A stretch of DNA of 64,000 bases, from positions 1 to 64,000 of the forward strand of contig CBFFRP010000216.1 of the NCBI GenBank assembly GCA_965644295.1. Direction: 5' to 3'. Below are positions 24,641-40,761 of the stretch, piece after piece (the first letter of the stretch is position 1; each line of letters opens with the position of its first letter). The position numbers and the translations under genes were made by a program. The notes below the pieces were generated by a model, which saw only the letters and a program-made list of their open reading frames with translations, made no database searches and had not been told where the DNA came from. The DNA is from Paraphysomonas bandaiensis. Taxonomy: Eukaryota; Protista; Chrysophyceae.

Positions 24641-25208
24641 GTTGTACTGACAGATATTAGCAGATGATTATAAGTAAATGGAGTGAATGACTCTCATGTG
24701 GAGAGAAGAATCTTCACACTGAGCTGATCCATATACTGTACTGTACTGTGCTGTGTACTCTGTATAGCCTATAGGCAGTGCTGCCCGTATGTTGCTGTAT
24801 ATCACGGTTCTTTGATGAAGAGATGAAGTGAATCAGGTTCTTCTTCTGTACATCTGGATACTACAAAATACATACACTCTATACACTAAAACTGTAGGAA
24901 TTCCTACGTAGAGTATATTGCGGTAAGTATACCCATACAGTATATTTTTTTGACCAGTTTTCTCTATTATTATGGGAAGAAATCTGGGGTTTTGAAAAGT
25001 TACCGTTGAGTGTCTTAGTTCAGATTTGCAAAAAAAACACATTAGTTCGACAACAGAGCGACAATATACCCACAACACAGCACGGCACTGCACTGCACTG
25101 CCCTCGCCGATCAACAGAGTGGATCAGGTATATATATGAGACAATACATCTCAAAGTGCTGACTTTACCTCTTCTCACCGAGTGTCAACACCATCATCAT
25201 CTTGTCTA

Positions 25209-26456
25209 ATGTCTCGTTCCTCTCGAAGAAAGACTTTAAGTCATGCAGAGATTGAAAACTTCTTATGTGATCTGCAGACAGAGTCACAGACCAGCGACTG
25301 TCCACTCAAACGTGTTGAGCAACCTGTAGAGAAGATTAACAACAATGAATCTCCTGATGACCTTCTAAGGAAGTCTATTCGAAGTTTACATAAGGTAACC
25401 CGCAGCCTTCCTGTATTTATTAGATTAAACTGATATACAGGACTTATGTGGCATCGACTACCCTTCAGAAGCAACCCCTGACATGTGTAGTCAAGCAAGA
25501 AAAATATCTGAATTCAGTGATTACAATATATTGCCATCATGCTTTTTGTTTCCTGAGCAATTCCCTCACCCTAAAAATTCTTTGGAAGCGAAAAAGGCCA
25601 TCTTGTTAAGCATGACACCAATGCTAACAGATGCAGAAACCCAAAGGAAAAAAGTGTCGGAGAGTTGCAAGGATTTTACGAGATGTCGAGTTGGAAAGAG
25701 TCAAGGAAGATCATCATCTTATGAATATTTTGATATCGATACCGATACGCAGATAAGTGTGGAGGAATACTGTAAACGGTAAGATACTGTCAACTTATAA
25801 ATATTGCTAATTGGAGAACTAATAGGTATATGCTATTTATAAAGAGCACTCATAAGAACTGGTCAATTATTTTGAAAGATTCAAACGCTCAATCGAATGA
25901 CACTGTAGCATCCACAGTGGTGGATGGAATACTCTCATCTGGTGACACCAATCAATGTGTACCTTGTCAAGCACCAGAGAGTTGTGATAAGATATCTAAA
26001 AAGGAGTCAAAAGAACCGCTCAATAGTATTTCACTTGCTATATCTGATAATGATGATGATACAGCTGCTGTAAGAACCCGGCGCGGAGGTCGACGACGAA
26101 CATTGTCACCATCGACTGCACGGAATATATTGAAGGATGAAATCAATGCAGATCAATGTGATGGAAATCCTACCAGCAGTAAGCAAGCTCCAAGCGTGCC
26201 CATCACGGAAAGTAAAAATTGTAACACAGAGTTCAGAAAACCTGCGAATACTGTGGATGGTGCTAAGTTCACGGCTACTGACTCTCTTTCAATCTCGACA
26301 AGTGATACTGAGGCCAGTGCGATGTCCATACATAAAGAAAATGCAGTTATTCAAGCCAGAAAGCGCTATGACCTACGAAAAGAAATTGCGAGGTGGAAAT
26401 ACTGTTGGGAGCTGGTTAGTATTGAAGCAGCAAGCAAAAGTGTGAAGTATGTATGA
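25209..26456 (+). CDS. Hypothetical protein (~3 exons)
   Basis: ORFs 25182-25433, 25483-25782 and 25830-26456 can be joined by GT-AG introns. An RRxTLS motif occurs twice. No family recognised. Confidence 0.65.
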
Positions 26457-27566
26457 AATGGTTTAGTGATTGAACAATTTTATGCTATACTGATACTTTT
26501 TACCATTCTCATCTAATGCACTAACATATTAGATTTGTTTTAATAACAATTAAATTATAGCTAATTGATGTAGCATAAATCATTTATATGGTGAATGATA
26601 ATGATGAAGAGAGATATTGAACATTACGTAGGATTGTATAATATGTAATATGCGGCAGACATAACTACTTAGAAGTTAAAAATATATGCTTCAGGATTAG
26701 AGCTATTAATTCAATTTCATATTGGTTTATACGTGTGTATCCGTAGTGCTATAAGAGGTAGTGATGTATGTAATGTGAACAGTTTAGATAGTTATTTGCT
26801 CTTATAGGCAAAAGCACTCTATATTTTATAATTTACAATAGTATTTAATATTTTCATCAAAAATATTGCTATAAGAATAGTATACGTAGTCGAGTAGTCG
26901 ATATTTGTTGTGGCTGTGGTATGAATGTGGTGATAATGAATAATGACATCACCGATGGTGGAAAATGTAATTAGTTAGGCTATGCAGTTGGTATTTCGAA
27001 AACGTTGTAGGTTTGGTACTTTTGTGATCTTAATGACTAGAACTACATGAAGTCAGCAGATGTCAGGTATATGAACTTCTGCTTGTTCACTGCGTTTGCT
27101 TTAAGTGGTTACACATTGGTGATTGCGGTGACACACAAGCTATATAGTAGTTTATAGTGGTAGCGCTAAATAGTAGGATGTAGGTTAGTTCAATTGTTTT
27201 GCTACATTAGTTATTAGTTCTGACTACTGCCTATTGCTAGCAATCAGACATTCATTACGTATGACTTGAACTCAAAATTTATCTGCGTTAAGAAAATAAC
27301 TCCTATCACTTGTGACAGACATAACTGCTTAGAAGTTAAAAGTTCACTTCATATATTCCAGATGAGTGAAATCACAGTGAAACAAAATAAGACTACTAGT
27401 AGTGCCCTGAGGAAAGATTGCAACATCTGGTTACAATTCTATACTGTTTGCCTGTAACAATAGACAATAGGTACTTTTCAATATTATAAGCAGTAGAAAG
27501 TATAATACATGTATCAGTGTATTACGAAATGTTACGAATAATTAAAATCTACACCACGCCGTTAAA

Positions 27567-29474
<1,908 letters not shown>

Positions 29475-29961
29475 TTCAGTTTAGGAATCAGGATATATAT
29501 CTACTAACTACAAGACAGAAGCCTTCATCCCATATATAATATGCACACATACATACATGTGTTGATTTTAAGACACACAGCAGCTGACCACCACATGGAA
29601 TACACTGTATAATCCTGCTGTATTCTACATGCGATGGACTGATAACTGCTGTGTTTTTGTCTATAGAAACTGCTGCTGTTGTTGGTGGTACAGTGTGTAC
29701 AGAGTATGTGTATGTATCTGCACGACAGTTGTGGACTGCTGCTGTATGTGCATCGCATTGTCATGAGCCCAAAGGGTCTCCCCTTCCCACACCAACTGGA
29801 CAATAATACCATCCTTACCTGCAATTAATTTATCATTATTTCATTACTTTTATGGGTTGTTCAGAAAGAAGTTCTCGTCATGATGTCGTAATTAAGGTTT
29901 GAATTAGTAGTCCCTCTCCCTAACTATCAGCTGTGCTTTATATCGAGGATTATATTCATAG

Positions 29962-30564
29962 ATGCCCACTGATAACGATTTGCACAAAGCTGCAAATAAA
30001 GGTGATCTCGAAACCTGCCGCAAACTTTTAGAAAGTCCCGTTTGTGAAGAGGAATCGTATGATGTTAACTGTGCTGGCGCCTCAGACCGCCGCCCTCTGC
30101 ATCGTGCTGCAGGAGCTGGACACAAATCTATATGTGAGTATTTATTATCCAAAGGAGCGCTAGTTGACCAGGTGCGATATCCTTAATGGGTATACTTCAA
30201 TATTTTAGAGTGTATACAGGAAGATAAAAGTGGAAGAACTTCTCTACACTGGGCTGCCATTGGGGGTCACGCTGAAATTGTTAAGCTACTGTTGGAGAGT
30301 GGTGCCAATATAATGGCTCAAACCAGCACTAAGATGTCTGCTCTTCACGGGGCGTGCGAAGCAGGGAGGGTGGAGGTTGTCCGTGAGTTGCTTGGCCATC
30401 TTGCTGAGGATGAGGAAAAGAGAAATGCTCTGTCCAACCTGAAGAACCAAGACGATAAAACACCGTTTGAAATAGCTGCCGCCTCGAAACACGCTGCTGT
30501 ATGTCAAGCACTGAAGGATTGTGGAGATATCAATGCAACTTCTAGTGCTTGTACCGTGTCCTGA
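29962..30564 (+). CDS. Ankyrin-repeat protein with C-terminal CaaX box (1 intron)
   Basis: LHKAANKGD, RRPLHRAAGAGH, RTSLHWAAIGGH and SALHGACEAG repeats. Ends in CTVS*. Confidence 0.9.
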
Positions 30565-31537
30565 AAATACTAAACCCCGTCTGCCGTCTATGTTTCGTAT
30601 AGAGTTATCCTGTTACAGTAATGATGATATTCACCGTAATGTGTGTACTATTTGAACCCCAGACAGCAACAATAAAATAGATGTACTGTAATTTGCGGCG
30701 TCCGCAGATGCCTACTATTACTGCGGTGATGGTGTATATGTACTCTCCGTAGGTTCTGACTTCTCTCTCCTTTATGGTAGTTAGTTGTTATAACTAATAA
30801 TCAATCTTCGTAAAATATGACAATGCGTGGAGTAAGTCCAACTGAACTATGACTGGTCTTTAAAATCATAAGATATTATCATATGGTTGGCGACATAAAA
30901 TTGAATAGATGTTTCCAGTGGCGTCTGAATCAATGCTTCGATTTGAACATTTAAACTGAGCTGACTAGATTTTTAATGAATATACAATAGACAATACCAA
31001 TTGAAATATTATACAATAAACACCTACTAGTCAACCTAGCTATTGTAAACTGAAAATGTGAATTATTAAATGACTATCTTTTGAACCGCTCAACTAGTTT
31101 TTTACACCAATTTTGGTGTGACTAGGAAATTACACCAAATTGGCTAGGTTCAATAATAAATCCCCAATACAAAGGTATAGTGTTGTTACGATTCAAGCAA
31201 CACTTGTTCATATGTTCTCTACAGCTACGCCCATCACTTTACACTAGCGGTAGAATCTGTGGCACACTGTTACTATTCATATTATTTTTCTAATTACAAG
31301 ATTATTTGACGTGTATGGCAGATCTTCTGTAGTGGACTCTTCGCACTACTACTACTCCCTTGACACCTGCAACTATGAGCTGGTACATACAGTTGATAGT
31401 GGTAGTGTGGTAGTCAATACATGTAATATTAGGGCGATTATAATTAATATTATAATATACAAAGCATTTGCAACCGATGAATACATCACTGAATCTTATC
31501 TCGTAACAAAGCACACACCACATATATATCAATACAT

Positions 31538-33112
31538 TTACTCTAACGACTTGTTGTTCTGAATATAGTGGCGACACATCCAAACGCCTATGCTTAATAC
31601 TCCCCCTAGAATAGCCAACAGAAAAAATCTATGAGGGTTGTTCTTGGGGACGAATCTCCGTTTAATGGACTGTGACGTTACTAGTATCCTTGAAACTATT
31701 GACCCACTACGGGTGGGGTGTTTAGAGCTGCACTTTCCACTGCATAGGAAGTAACTTATCCACCCGCTAAAGACTATTGTATTTCTGTATTTATTTATAC
31801 TGGCCATATTTATCAGTCGTAAGTTCTTGAGAAGGACATGATCAGGTGTCACAACTGGGGGACGACGCATGCCTCTTCCGTTAAACAAAATTAGCCTAAA
31901 TATTCATAGCAAAACAGTTAGTGACGGAAAGATAGTGCAAATACAGCACACGGACAGAAATTTCAGGAGGCCCGCCTGCATCATAGATAGAGAAAGAGTG
32001 CAAATGTATACAGCCACAAAGTCCTTACTTGTTATTGGTAATCACGGAGCGAATAGACTCGTCTGCCATGTCAAGGAGGTCACTCGGTGTAATGTCTTCC
32101 ATCAAACCGTCGGCGAACCGAATAAGACCTTCCAGGTCCACATTGCAGGTGAAAGATGCCATGTCATCTTTACGGCAGTCGCCCTTCAATAGGCGTGACA
32201 AGGCATTATGCACGGTAGAGAAATCACATTCCAGACTCAGGATTTCCTCGCGATGCATCATCACCAACTACATGTACATAAAATATAAGGATAACAAGAC
32301 ATGTGATAAGCCATATCTGCACCAATATAAAAGGCACAACAGCAACAATACATAACATCAGCAGACGTTAACGTACCGACGCACACAAATAAAAACTGTA
32401 TTCAGGTGGTGAACATAGAATCGCATCGAACATCCTGCTCGCCTGTTGGAAGTTTCCTGTCAACGTTATCATGAGATTTACATAAGGTGAATGTAAAAAA
32501 CATACGAATATCGTGAGACATCCAGGTGATAAGCCATGACGTCGCAAAGTAAGGTTCAGTTCCAGATTCATCTAGAAAATCTGCTAGTTCACTATCTGCT
32601 CTTCTGATGAGGACCATGATAAGTTTCATTATCTTGGAGAGGCTTGAGAAGTCTCTTTTCATGAAATCTGACAAATATTTCTGACATATAGATTCCAGAG
32701 CACAGAATGCCAGAGCATTGTCATTGAAAACAAGAATCAAAATACTCACAATATCGTGGAACCCTTGAAAGTAATAGTAACGTGAATTTTTACACAGTAG
32801 AGCGACAATTATGTTCGATAAATCTGTCCTCTTTCGATGCATGCGTCTGTCTCCCCAATTAGCAGCACAATCCAGGCTCCAAAACGATCGATCTATATCA
32901 CAGCGAACTTGTCTCTCTTCATTATGATTTCTAATATACTTCTTATAGTCAACAACTTTATAGCGATTTATTCCTAACAATTTTGGCCACACGCGGGCTC
33001 TAATTTTACTGCTCAGAAAGCCCCCTTCCTGACGGGAATGGTCGTAGAGCAGCTGTAGGTCGATAGGGTCTGATGACACAGTGTTTAACATCGCACGCTT
33101 TCTGTCTTCCAT
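31538..33112 (-). CDS. TBC1D20/GYP8-like Rab GAP with C-terminal TM segment
   Basis: RARVWPKLLG, QVRCDIDRS, YYYFQGFHDI and WLITWMSHD motifs, ending in hydrophobic FFLLAILGGVLSIGVW. Confidence 0.88.
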
Positions 33113-33625
33113 GACGAGACAGAGTGATAAGCAACTTACAAGCCGCTGTGTATGCTGCCAGTGTTATTGTTTGCTTCTACTATCACTGGAACTCATTCAA
33201 CAGTGTACTGTCTACCGTCCTATAGCACGAATACCATCTAGCCGAAGCAATGGACCTCATATGCTAATCTCAGTCAACGATTAGTTTGTGGGCAATAGGA
33301 GCATATGGGGAACAGTGTCTCCAAAAACTAGTTGTGAAATTTTCAAATACAACATCAAACATCAACATCAAGAATACGGCGATGTACTCTGTGGAATACA
33401 CCGACCAATAGAAGCAAAGAGAGTTCTGACAGTAGAATACAGCCGTATGCAGTATGCCGTATACAGCAGTATGGAGTTGGTGAGTATGCTGCAGCTGGTC
33501 AGTGCCTGCAGTGGGCTGAAGTGACCAGATGGATCATAGCTGCGCTCATATAAGACACTCTGTCACTACTATCAACACTCTGTAATCGTCTACTTGGAGT
33601 GTTACTTATCGTAGTCTATTGCAAG

Positions 33626-35834
33626 ATGTCTACGCAGGCAAGTATAGCGTTAGAGGTTGTGGACTATGTACTAGATGGAGATACACAGTACTGCGATAGC
33701 CATATATTCACGGTAGAAGTAAGACTGGCGAATTATTCCGGAAATCAATATGTAATTACACGATCACTCATGTCATTCTTTGAATTCGATGCACTGCTTC
33801 GACGAACCTTCCCCAAGTCTGGTATAATGAGTCTCCCTCTACCCCCGCCAGCACAAACTCTGAAGCGTGTCGACAGCACTGCTAAGCGCCCTTCTGTGAA
33901 GATTTCTGAGCCTCTTGATAATATTAAAGCGAAACTAAACTCGTTAACCCATTATATGGAGTTACTTTTGGAAATGCCGGAGGTTTTGCGGTCTGCAGCG
34001 CTCATGAATTTTTTGGACTTTGAGAGTAAGGATGGAACGCTACCTGATCCAGCGGGGATGTCACTTCCGGATATTTTGTTGAAAGAAGTACTACCTACTA
34101 CAAAGGTGGTTGTTAACAGAGTCGAAGTGAAATTTGAAGTGAGCAGCTCCGATTATCTTGCCTGGAGCTTCTCGACCAAGAACAGGGATATCGGTTTCAG
34201 CGTGACAGTGAATGGTGTAGACCTGGTTGCATATCAGCGCTATAACTCGCACGAAGATTGTGTTGCAGATGTCGTGGAGGTGACCCAGACAGGCACGGCG
34301 GTTTTGACATGGGACAATTCCTACTCGCGTGTATGGTCGAAGAGTCTGACTTATTCCTGTGCAATTTTCTCACCTGACGATATCGCCACAGCAACAGCAT
34401 CCATTCGACTTGGAGTAATGTATTCTAAATGCAGAAATTCCTTGCGACGATGTCTTCTACAACAGGCGGCTACCGTAGCTGGGGGGGCAAGTACCGACGC
34501 AGTGCCCGAAACAGAACTGGTGAGTGGCTTATCCCTTGAACAAATTCGGTATTCTCGATTGGAGAGAGAGGTGGAGGATATGCACGCACAGAAAAGTGTG
34601 TTAGAGGTACGATCATGATATTAAATTTCCCATAGATGTGTTGCACGATAGCAGTACTGACATCTGTATTACTCCTAGGGAGAACTGTGCAGGAGTAGGG
34701 AACGTATATCAACGCTTGAAGAACGCCTCCGGAGTGAGCGGGAGCGATGCGCATGCGCGCAAGAGGAGTGCATCGGATTGAGAAATTTGCTTGCAGGAGT
34801 AACTAAGGAGAAAGATATCAATTCTGCGTCTCTATTGACAGCCGAAGACGAGGTAGAACGTCAGAAGGCTGCACTTCTCAGAGCAGAGGAGCGTTGTCGA
34901 TTGATCAAAGAGGAGTCGGCAAAGGCACTACAGCGTGTGAAAGAGGAGGGAGAAGCCCGTGTGCTTGAAAATGTATTGCTGACGGATACAACTACAAGGC
35001 TGCGGGCGGAGAAGAAGCAACTTAAGACTTTCTGTGTTAACATGCGTGATGCACTCGAGGAAGCCAAGGTGCGCCACGCGATGCTGTCATGTACAAATGG
35101 TGATTTGCATGTACACTCTTTTATCATGTTCCTTTAATTTTCACCCTGTGGATAGCTAATTTATGACTATGGAATAGGAGGCTTGCAAAGCGGGGGTAGA
35201 GCGAGAGAGAAGTTTAGAATCTAGGGTGCTGGTGGCCGAAGAGCAACTAGCGGATATACAACCTCTAAAGGATCAGCTCGAAGTACTGCTGAGAGATTTA
35301 TCGTCTCTTCAGACGAGCTCACAGGATATGTCTAGTATAACTGCTGAGCAAGCTGATCTTCGAAATGCAAGCTTTGCTGCGGCTGCCGAGATATTACAAA
35401 AACTAAATATTGCTGTAGAATCTCGTGGGGATTTGTCTCCAAGAATGGAGGCACGAGTGCTTGGGGCAGAAGCAAGTGTAAACTCTAATGTGGACGATAG
35501 TCAACCAAAATCAGCATCGATTGATGATTGTGGAGACAAAAGATCGACCTCCAGTCGAATTAAATCGAAGCTACGTTCTAGTAAATTCACTGCTAAGATG
35601 GCTGCAGTTGCATCACGAGCAACTCAGGGGCCAATTAGAAGGAGATCCACAGAGGCTGGGGTAAAGGTCTTGTCTGGCCTGAAGTCCGCAGTTAGCAAGA
35701 TAGAATCATCAATGGACGCGGCATTCAATTTTTTAGATGTTGATGGCTTGTTGGAGGATGAAAACGATGCAGATATGATGTGGCATAAGAACGGTGAATA
35801 TCGGAAAACGACCGAGAAATCTTGTCGTAGCTAG
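33626..35834 (+). CDS. PX + GOLD domain coiled-coil protein (2 introns)
   Basis: PX-like RSLMSFFEFDALL..FP....LPLPPP...VLRSAALMNFL, then GOLD WSFSTKNRDIGFSV...LTWDNSYSRVWSKSLTY, then heptad-rich exons. Confidence 0.8.
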
Positions 35835-36204
35835 CACAGGACATGATGGCCTTGTGGCTCATGTGTGCTAGTATAGGGGTTCTTTTGAATTTTAAGATAA
35901 ACAGTGATGTATTTCACTGTTCACCAGTAACCATTTTCGTGCAATAAACATATTGCTGATATAGACTAATAAATAGAAGTACGTGTCCTACAATTTTTGT
36001 GTGTTTGATATATGTTTCTCATTTACACAACGTCAGTTGTTGTCATTTAACTCGCAATGTGATTCACACACGATTAAAGTTAGAGCTTGCCCACAATTTT
36101 GCTGCAACAAAGGGGATGTCATGTGTTTTATTGTTTATTTGATTACCAGGAACCTGAGCTTTTATTTATTATATTATAGCATCGCACTTCTCTACCGTTC
36201 GGAG

Positions 36205-36450
36205 TGTTGAGTTTTACTGTAGTTCAAAGGTATTTAAATTACGACTGTTAATGTACAAAACAATTTATGTCATGATAGCAATCATAGTAGTGAAACTGAA
36301 ATATATTCTCCGTATAAGATCGTGATATATCGAAGATTGTATGGAAATGATTGATAGTTGAGACAACATACATTTGGCGATTGACAATAAATGACGAGTG
36401 AAACTGATCATAAGTTTATTATATGTTACTATTTACTAAATGCTTCTAAC
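36205..36450 (+). repeat. Solo LTR related to Copia element 2
   Basis: Starts TGTTGAGTTTT like 15830, shares atgatagc..t..tagtg.aaactgaaatata, and ends near ttactaaatgcttctaac. Confidence 0.7.
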
Positions 36451-36639
36451 TTATAATCTAAAACAAATAAATAACAATGACGAAATTAAAGGCTGAAATA
36501 ATATACAAGAAAATATCATATTAGATTACTAAAACCTATATTCATAAACTACTTGCTCACGTACATAATAATGGACTTCAACACATTATCAAAGTTTGAC
36601 ATTATATGAGAAGTATTAACTTAACAAAAGAAGGTAAAC

Positions 36640-37400
36640 TTATTATACTCAATGCTATTATAAATTATAATCAATATCTCTTATCATTCACCAATTTCAT
36701 CTTGTCTCTCTACTACCACTCATAAGATCTTACTTCATCACTACAACTTGCATCATCGTCACTATATTCCGTTTTACTACTATATACTTATCGTCACTCA
36801 TTCTCACAGTACGATTAATAAGAGAGCACAGCTGTAATAGGAGAGACTACTGTACTTTAAATACCTTATAGCTACAGCTTTCAATTTCTCTCATATACAC
36901 ACACCCTCAATTCAAAGCTGTAGATAGACTCTTCACATCACAAGACATATCTGACGGAAACACCACCACCGAAAACCAAATAAAACTGACAAGTGGACGT
37001 ACGACTCCGACTTTTCAGGTAGTCTCTCTTCACAGTCAACTGATTAACGACCACCTCCGTCGATAGTACGAGTTCTCTCTACTAATAGCCACAACTGATG
37101 AGTTCTGATTTTCTCCTATACATCTCTTCCTGTGTTCCTCATACGTAACACCACACAAGGATTTCGTGAATATGTCTGCAGTCTGATTATCATTCCCAAA
37201 ATGGTAAAATATAGCAGTGTTAAAAGGACCATCAGGATCTACATATTCACGAACCCAATGATACTTGATCTCAATGTGTTTCGAACGCTTATGAAACACC
37301 GGATTCAATGCTAGGTAACGAGTGCTCTGGCTATCCAAGAAAAATGGTGTAGGTTTGCGTAGACGAAGAAGTCCTAATTCGGCCAACACCCTCGAAGCCG
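36640..37400 (-). mobile_element. Copia 3' remnant: RNase H end plus 3' LTR
   Basis: KPTPFFLDSQS..LALNPVFHKRSKHIEIKYHWVRE...ADIFTK followed by an LTR-family sequence. Confidence 0.88.
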
Positions 37401-37703
37401 GTGAGGTAAAGCGGGCGCGGTTGGAATAATACGTTGTAAACTACTTAATATTCGTACTAAGGTAATATTAAAGTTCGAACAAGCAAACTAAACTAAGCAT
37501 AATTTAAGAGTTACGGCACAATACATTTCAAGAGTCTCTCCTTAAAGAAATATCTGTAGTATCTTGTTCACAGACTAGTACAATATTCACAACTTTAACA
37601 CAAAGATATACATGGTACAGCCCGTAGCAAGTAGACAGCAATATCATAAATATACCACTATTAACTACCTAATCCTACATCGTCAGGTCTCTATGGATTC
37701 TGA

Positions 37704-38666
37704 TTACACTTCCGTACGACAATTTTTTTGCCTCAAACTAAGAATACTATATTCCTTGAATGCTCTTTCATTGGCTTTACACTTAATCCCAACCAAGGGA
37801 ATCGACTTGGAATGTTTCAATTTTTCGACACCAGCGCGTGTCATTATGTACTTCTGTTTTTTCTTTATAAAACGCGCTCTACTAGTCACTTGGGTGCCGG
37901 AAAGTATTCCGTCATCAAAACTCGTCGATGCGGACGGCATAGTAGATTCTAAGAGCTGGGTAAACTCACAACTGCGTCGACACCAATTATCGAAGGCATT
38001 TTTCCAGAATAAGAGTCCACTCTTCTTGACAATGTAATACTTATTCTGTCCTGTAGCTATGGGAAAAGCCTGACCCTCATATTTGTTCAAAAACGTAAAT
38101 ACAGCATATGATACACCGGGCCAGTTGTGATTGAAGTAATCATCAATCATGATAATTCCATTCGGACTAAGAGTTGAAAACGCCAGCTCCAGATCAGATA
38201 GAGTACACTGGCTCGTGTGACACCCGTCCACACTGAAAAGTGCTACTGGGCGACCTTTCGTTAAAAGAAAAACGTCCGCTGCAGTCATTTGTGTCGAATC
38301 TGCCTGGAAAACGGACACATGTTCATTCATAAAACTAGTTGTATGTGTGGTATAGCGCCGCATGTTGCTCTTGAATATTTCCATGCTACCGTTACCAGAC
38401 TTGTCATAATTAAACTCTTGCATATCAAACACATCTATCGCCACTGCCATACAATTGGAATTTCGAGGAAGATTATTAACCATTGATATAAAAGACTTTC
38501 CATGGTGTACTCCGATCTCCACGATAGCATTCAACTCACTTGCTTTGCGCAGTGTGTTCATTATATACTTAACTGTATTGCGGGCTATGAACCATCCTGA
38601 TGGTTCTTCCTGGGACAAGCTCATGGAGAACAATGCCAGCAACAGTATGAAATAGAAAGCATGCAT
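37704..38666 (-). CDS. Class I SAM-dependent methyltransferase (Methyltransf_24-like) with signal peptide, intronless
   Basis: VEIGVHHGKSF, AIDVF, FSVDGCHT and IMIDDYFNHNWPGV motifs, with a hydrophobic N-terminus. Confidence 0.85.
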   Translation of the reverse strand: MHAFYFILLLALFSMSLSQEEPSGWFIARNTVKYIMNTLRKASELNAIVEIGVHHGKSFISMVNNLPRNSNCMAVAIDVFDMQEFNYDKSGNGSMEIFKSNMRRYTTHTTSFMNEHVSVFQADSTQMTAADVFLLTKGRPVALFSVDGCHTSQCTLSDLELAFSTLSPNGIIMIDDYFNHNWPGVSYAVFTFLNKYEGQAFPIATGQNKYYIVKKSGLLFWKNAFDNWCRRSCEFTQLLESTMPSASTSFDDGILSGTQVTSRARFIKKKQKYIMTRAGVEKLKHSKSIPLVGIKCKANERAFKEYSILSLRQKNCRTEV

Positions 38667-39609
38667 AATAGAGTCAGATGGGGGATAGCTCGCACATATC
38701 TCTGGAGTGTTACATGTACGTATGTGTATGAGTTGAAGAATATCTGCCTGCTAAGAGTTCTAGAGTTGGGTTTTATCTGTGTGCTCTGTACTGCTACGTA
38801 GTACACATCTAGGCTACATACAGCAGTATAGAAAACGAAAAGCTCTATTTTTCCAGCCACTTCTAATGCGAATTCTGAATATTTCTGATTTCATGACTAA
38901 AAACCCGAATATACTGCTGAATATTTCTTCCACTGCTCGGCTCGAGACTATCTCTTCTGCCACGCCAGACAATGATGGATTACTAGCATCATCCAGGACA
39001 GAAGTGGTGGATTGAATGAAAGCTAGAATAAGTTGCTCGAATAGGTGAAAGAGCTCTGCCCACGAACAAGTATAACTATGATTGAGCCCGTTCATTTTTG
39101 ATTTTAAAAGCGAACTGGCTCAATCCATACGCGAGTATTGTAAGAGATATCGTGTGCTAACGAATCCTCTACCAAACAGGAATGTTTTTCCCCTCAATTG
39201 TGTATTCATTTGGCCCTATTGATTGCCCTGAACTCAACTTCATAATGATAATACGATTACTACGAAGCAACTCTTCATGGTTCTTGCTAACAAGAAATAA
39301 AATGATAATCTCTTTGCTATATGTCGCTATTTTTACTTATTATGCGATGTATGTGATTCATTGTACCAACCTGAATCTAACCATATAATGTGGACACTTA
39401 CTTCATCGTTATCTACCAGTGACTAACCACCTTCAGTGCAATAATTTCTGCCAAACTAACATAACTAACGATACATTGATATTCAATTAACGATATGTAT
39501 ACTACAACTACAATTCATAAATGTGAATTATTTGAAACGTGTTAGATACACTTCACACTTCAACTGACACTAATGAACCTTGTCATGCTGGCAAGCATAT
39601 AGCTATAGC

Positions 39610-40739
39610 CAGGCTTGCGTAACAATTGGTTTTCAATTTATTGGCAATAATTGCCAATTAATTGGATTGCCAATTAAGTTATTTAGTTTTAAAAGTGATA
39701 ACTTCAATTATTATTATTGGTAATTGTTGCCAATTAATTGGCTGGATAAATTATATATAGAATCTTACGATGTTATAGCTACTAAACTTAGGTGCAAACC
39801 CACTATATATTAGCATAGTAGTTTGGATGTATGTACACAGTCACGTTAGCATTTTATTAATCGTAATAAGGGTTTGTATACACTTTAACCTTAGCATGCA
39901 AGTGTAATATAATATCATGTAAAAGATCGTTGGCAAAGAACAAACTGAGCACCTCCATATAACGATCATGTAGATACATAGCATAATATAATGTGATAGC
40001 ATATTCAACTGCTTTGAAATATTCAAGTGTAGTAGTGTAGATGACGTTATAAGTGTATCCGTTAGGTAACAGTATCAGAGGAAGAGAAGTATGTGTGTGT
40101 GATAGAATACCTTAATACAGAGGATCCGTGGTGTGTATGTACAACAGTGATGGACTAGAATGATTGAATAGCCATACCGGATGGCATCGAATGAACAAAT
40201 TTGATGATTTAATTTGTCAGTACCCTGGGATGAACTTTTACCCGGGTGCAGACTCGGAAATTGTTCAAAATGACGATTTCGAGAGAGTAGTAGTCAAAAG
40301 TCAGCGCGGTAGGGAAGAATAACTGATAAATGATGTACCTACACGAAGGTGAACTTGATGAAGAGAAAGTTAATGAGGAGGAAGACAAAGCCATTCGTTT
40401 ACTTAAATACAACCGAAAGCGTCAAAAGGCACGCATCAAACTACCAACACGATATCGTTGCATGAAGTATTTGTATAGCACTACCAATGTTTGTGAGAGG
40501 TTGAGCAGAGCTAAGATTGTTACGACTACATTTTTGCAAGCGAATGACACCTAGACACTTAAAATGTTGATGTTTCTGCGTGAAAATGTTTATGGTTCTT
40601 TGGGATGAGATTATAGTTCATAAAGTTGTTCTAAAATCTATCAATAGAATTAAAGGCAATTAATTGGATGCTAGATTAATAATTATTATTGTTGGACACC
40701 TGTCACCAATTTTATTAAATTAATTGTTACGCAAGCTTG
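39610..40739 (+). mobile_element. Internally deleted hAT transposon with transposase remnant
   Basis: TIRs CAGGCTTGCGTAACAATT / AATTGTTACGCAAGCTTG and TSD gctatagc / gcaatagc. 40440-40600 encodes STTNVCERL-SRAKIV...LKMLMFLREN, the hAT dimerisation motif. Confidence 0.88.
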
Positions 40740-40761
40740 GCAATAGCAAATTTGATAGCTG

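Noticed and set aside
26656-27345. ~25-bp direct repeat cagacataact.cttagaagttaaaa at ~26656 and ~27316
   Set aside because: Too short, with no element structure between the copies.
31105-31150. Helitron-like 3' hairpin + CTAG
   Set aside because: The sister copy at 45.5-45.8 kb shows inverted ends, which fits a MITE better, and no 5' TC end was identified.
38860-39390. Possible decayed gene opposite the methyltransferase
   Set aside because: It looks coding-like but is broken and has no recognisable family, so it is not annotated.
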